This document shows, one piece after another, positions 61,723 to 64,000 of a stretch of 64,000 nt of DNA; the first letter of the stretch is position 1; each line of letters starts with the position of its first letter. The position numbers were made by a program, and so were the translations under genes. A model generated the notes under the pieces. It had not been told where the DNA came from, ran no database searches, and saw only the letters and a list, made by a program, of their open reading frames with translations. Origin of the DNA: Salisapilia sapeloensis CBS 127946 (Eukaryota > Protista > Oomycota); assembly GCA_023334545.1 (NCBI GenBank), contig JAADVB010000070.1:10404-74403 (forward strand), written 5' to 3'.

Positions 61723-62153
61723 GACGACTGGTTTTCTTCCTATTGGAAGTGAATTCTTGGGCACATCCTTCAATCGTGACGTTGTGACATAGCGCAACCT
61801 GGCACCATGATTATTCGACTCGGGACCAGCTATTAATAGCTTACGTCAGCTGGGATCCAATGCGTCAGGCTATAGAAGTGTTGTGGAGACTCTTGCCCCC
61901 TATAGCGTTACCGATGCGAATACTCGTCCCTACGTAAATGAAGTACATAGGCAAGAGTATCACGTCGGACGAGACATTCTGTGTTAACGACATAATCACG
62001 TCGACAGTGGATACGTGGGATGATAGACTTGAAAAGACATAGCCATGTGATTGAGCTAGCTGGTCTAAAGATCAACTTGATAACGCAGATGACGGTAGCG
62101 ACATGAGCAAAGACAACGCCGGAATCGCAATACCAATCTAATTCATCGATTTA

Positions 62154-63566
62154 TTAATCCAGCTCGTCTTCCGATATCACGGCTCTCTTCCGACTTAGTC
62201 GTTCATTAAACCTCTCCATCTCGTCTTCATTCCAATCGTCCAAGTGCATTTGGTCCCATTCCGCCGCCAGCAAGCGTGCTGAAAAATCCTTCTTCCCCCA
62301 GAACGTTGCATCTCCGTCCGTCGATTGACGAGAGCTCGTGATCGATGAAGTCGGACTGAATGGTCTTTGCGATGAGGCCGCAAACGAGAAGGCTTCGTCT
62401 CGATAGTACGATCGAGGCGAGGAAGACGAGGAAGAGATTTGCATGGTATTCGATAGCATCGGGATCCGATTCACGTTCACTTCCACGGTCTCGATGCAAT
62501 GGATGCAGAATCGGGCCTTTGCTGGTTTCATAGATTTTATACTCAATTGGAAGAGAAGGCGATGATGGCTGCAATGCTTGCACACACTTCGCTTGCATCC
62601 GCTGCATTGGCCAAGCCTGGAAAGCATCTTTGTCCTCTTCTGACAAACCTCACACACGTCGCTTTCCGGAACGATCGTATCCGAACTGGCGGCTACCATC
62701 GCCGAGTACTCTCTCGCGTACGTGCAATAGATAGCTCGATAAAATTCAAACGACCTACTGGCGGATAAAACCTCCGCAATCTTTGCTGCCAAACGTATTT
62801 CGAGGTACATTTTGAACGTTCCAAAGCATCCGACCCATCCATTGTCGACTTGTCGGAAAAGACTCACCGTGCGAAGGTCGACTTGTACGGCGTCTGATGT
62901 CGTGGAGGGCGTAAAGTCTGGAAGATCGATGCTCATTCGGATTTGATAGGAGAAGAGTGTGTTGTACTCATCGCGTGTCCATCCGATTTTCTACAAGAAC
63001 ACAGTCAACGTTAGCTCATCTACCTCCGCCATAGCTCACTGCTTAGTAAGACCATGGGAATAAATACGTACCTCGATAAATACTGCATATCTGTCAGCAA
63101 TGGGTCCCAAATTGCTGTGGCAAGCGTACTTGATTCCATCAAAAACAGTCTCAGAGGACATCGAGTTACTTTCAAAGACGTGGAGTACTCGAGCATCGAC
63201 CAGATTGCTAGCGGTAATACTCTTGACGACACGAAACGAGTCTGTATCGTCTGAAAAAAGGCCAGATAGAACATTTTCCATCTTGCCCGGGATGAATCCA
63301 CTTGACATGAACGTCACGGTCTTCATATTCTCATCCGCCTGTGCGACTGCAGCTGCCTGTCGGTGCCGGTCCGAGTACACGGCGAAGGTATCATATTGCT
63401 TGACACGTTTCCATCGGTTCGAGTCGTTCTTCCGATGAAAAGTGTTATAGTCTTCAATGGTTTCGTCGAGCAGGCTTTGCAATTGATTGTTCCAGACTTC
63501 CCGCTGTGTCTCGTCAATAGTGAGAGCGTTCGGAGAATGCCAGAGCTCGTCTGTATTCGCTTCCAT
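62154..63566 (-). CDS. SF19: START-like + FYVE-like protein (~443 aa, 2 exons; ends ISEDELD)
   Basis: Exons 63566-63072 and 62990-62154 (81-nt intron at FIE|KIGW); inverted close paralogue of SF17. Confidence 0.85.
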
Positions 63567-64000
63567 GGCTAAAGCTGGTCCGGATTAATTAACTGACTGT
63601 GTCGGGTAGAGAGTTGTCGAAAAGAGAGAGAGTAGACCGACGTGGCGACATCCCTCCAGTCAGCCGGAAGAGTCAGGGAAGTCATGTGTCAGATGGTTGA
63701 TGTAAAAAGGGAGATCCTTCTCGATGTGTACGACCGGCGACAAGACATCATGGAATCGATAACAAACCAGCTAAAATAAATTTTTGATTAAGCAGTACAC
63801 GTAATGATAGAAATGGGATGTTTTAGATGTACTCATTTATTCCCGACTTTTGTGTTATCCTTCAGCGAAAAATACTCGTAGAGATGCAGTTTTGGAGGAT
63901 ATGATTATTTTGATGATGATGCAGAGTTTCTGTACCACCTCCTAGTCAACTCCATAAACTATTTGAAAAGTCTATTTTGTCTAAGAGGTATAGAGCTGGA

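Noticed and set aside
21592-63566. Split ORF pairs in SF2, 4, 5, 6, 9, 13, 14, 16, 17 and 19 as frameshifted pseudogenes
   Set aside because: Every break is bridged by a 52-92 nt GT-AG intron that restores the frame and the conserved motifs.
4211-63572. Many short (60-200 aa) overlapping or antisense ORFs (e.g. 4523..4909, 42238..42501, 60336..60929)
   Set aside because: They are shadow frames of well-supported genes, with no motifs of their own.
1-64000. CRISPR arrays, rRNA, tRNA, telomeric tracts or prokaryotic operon structure
   Set aside because: No regularly spaced repeats, RNA-gene signatures or TTAGGG runs seen; spliceosomal introns show the DNA is eukaryotic.

Overview
This is eukaryotic DNA, most likely from an oomycete or related stramenopile. 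That inference rests on short GT-AG introns (50-92 nt), oomycete-type Inr+FPR core promoters, a small RWP-RK gene and START-like+FYVE-like genes. The left ~12 kb is gene-dense: an unresolved intron-rich gene at the edge, a 6-exon APE1/ExoIII endonuclease, a coiled-coil/ZZ-finger protein, an IQ/EF-hand protein, a small secreted protein with CxGGxC repeats and a TEX47/DYBLUF-like protein. Three paralogous Geobacillus/Staphylococcus-type lipases (10.3-18.1 kb) and an RWP-RK gene follow. From 18.8 to 63.6 kb lies a ~45 kb array of 19 apparently intact, diverged START-like + FYVE-like zinc-finger genes (named SF1-SF19 here) plus one pseudogene remnant. The most striking unexplained signal is in their otherwise hypervariable tails: 14 of 19 end in hydrophobic-x-x-L-D-STOP (reminiscent of the Hsp70/90 IEEVD/MEEVD TPR-clamp ligands), and 14 of 19 carry a WN-x-[ED]-E motif upstream. 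All exon structures were reconstructed by eye and need RNA-seq confirmation. No rRNA, tRNA, CRISPR array or intact mobile element was recognised.
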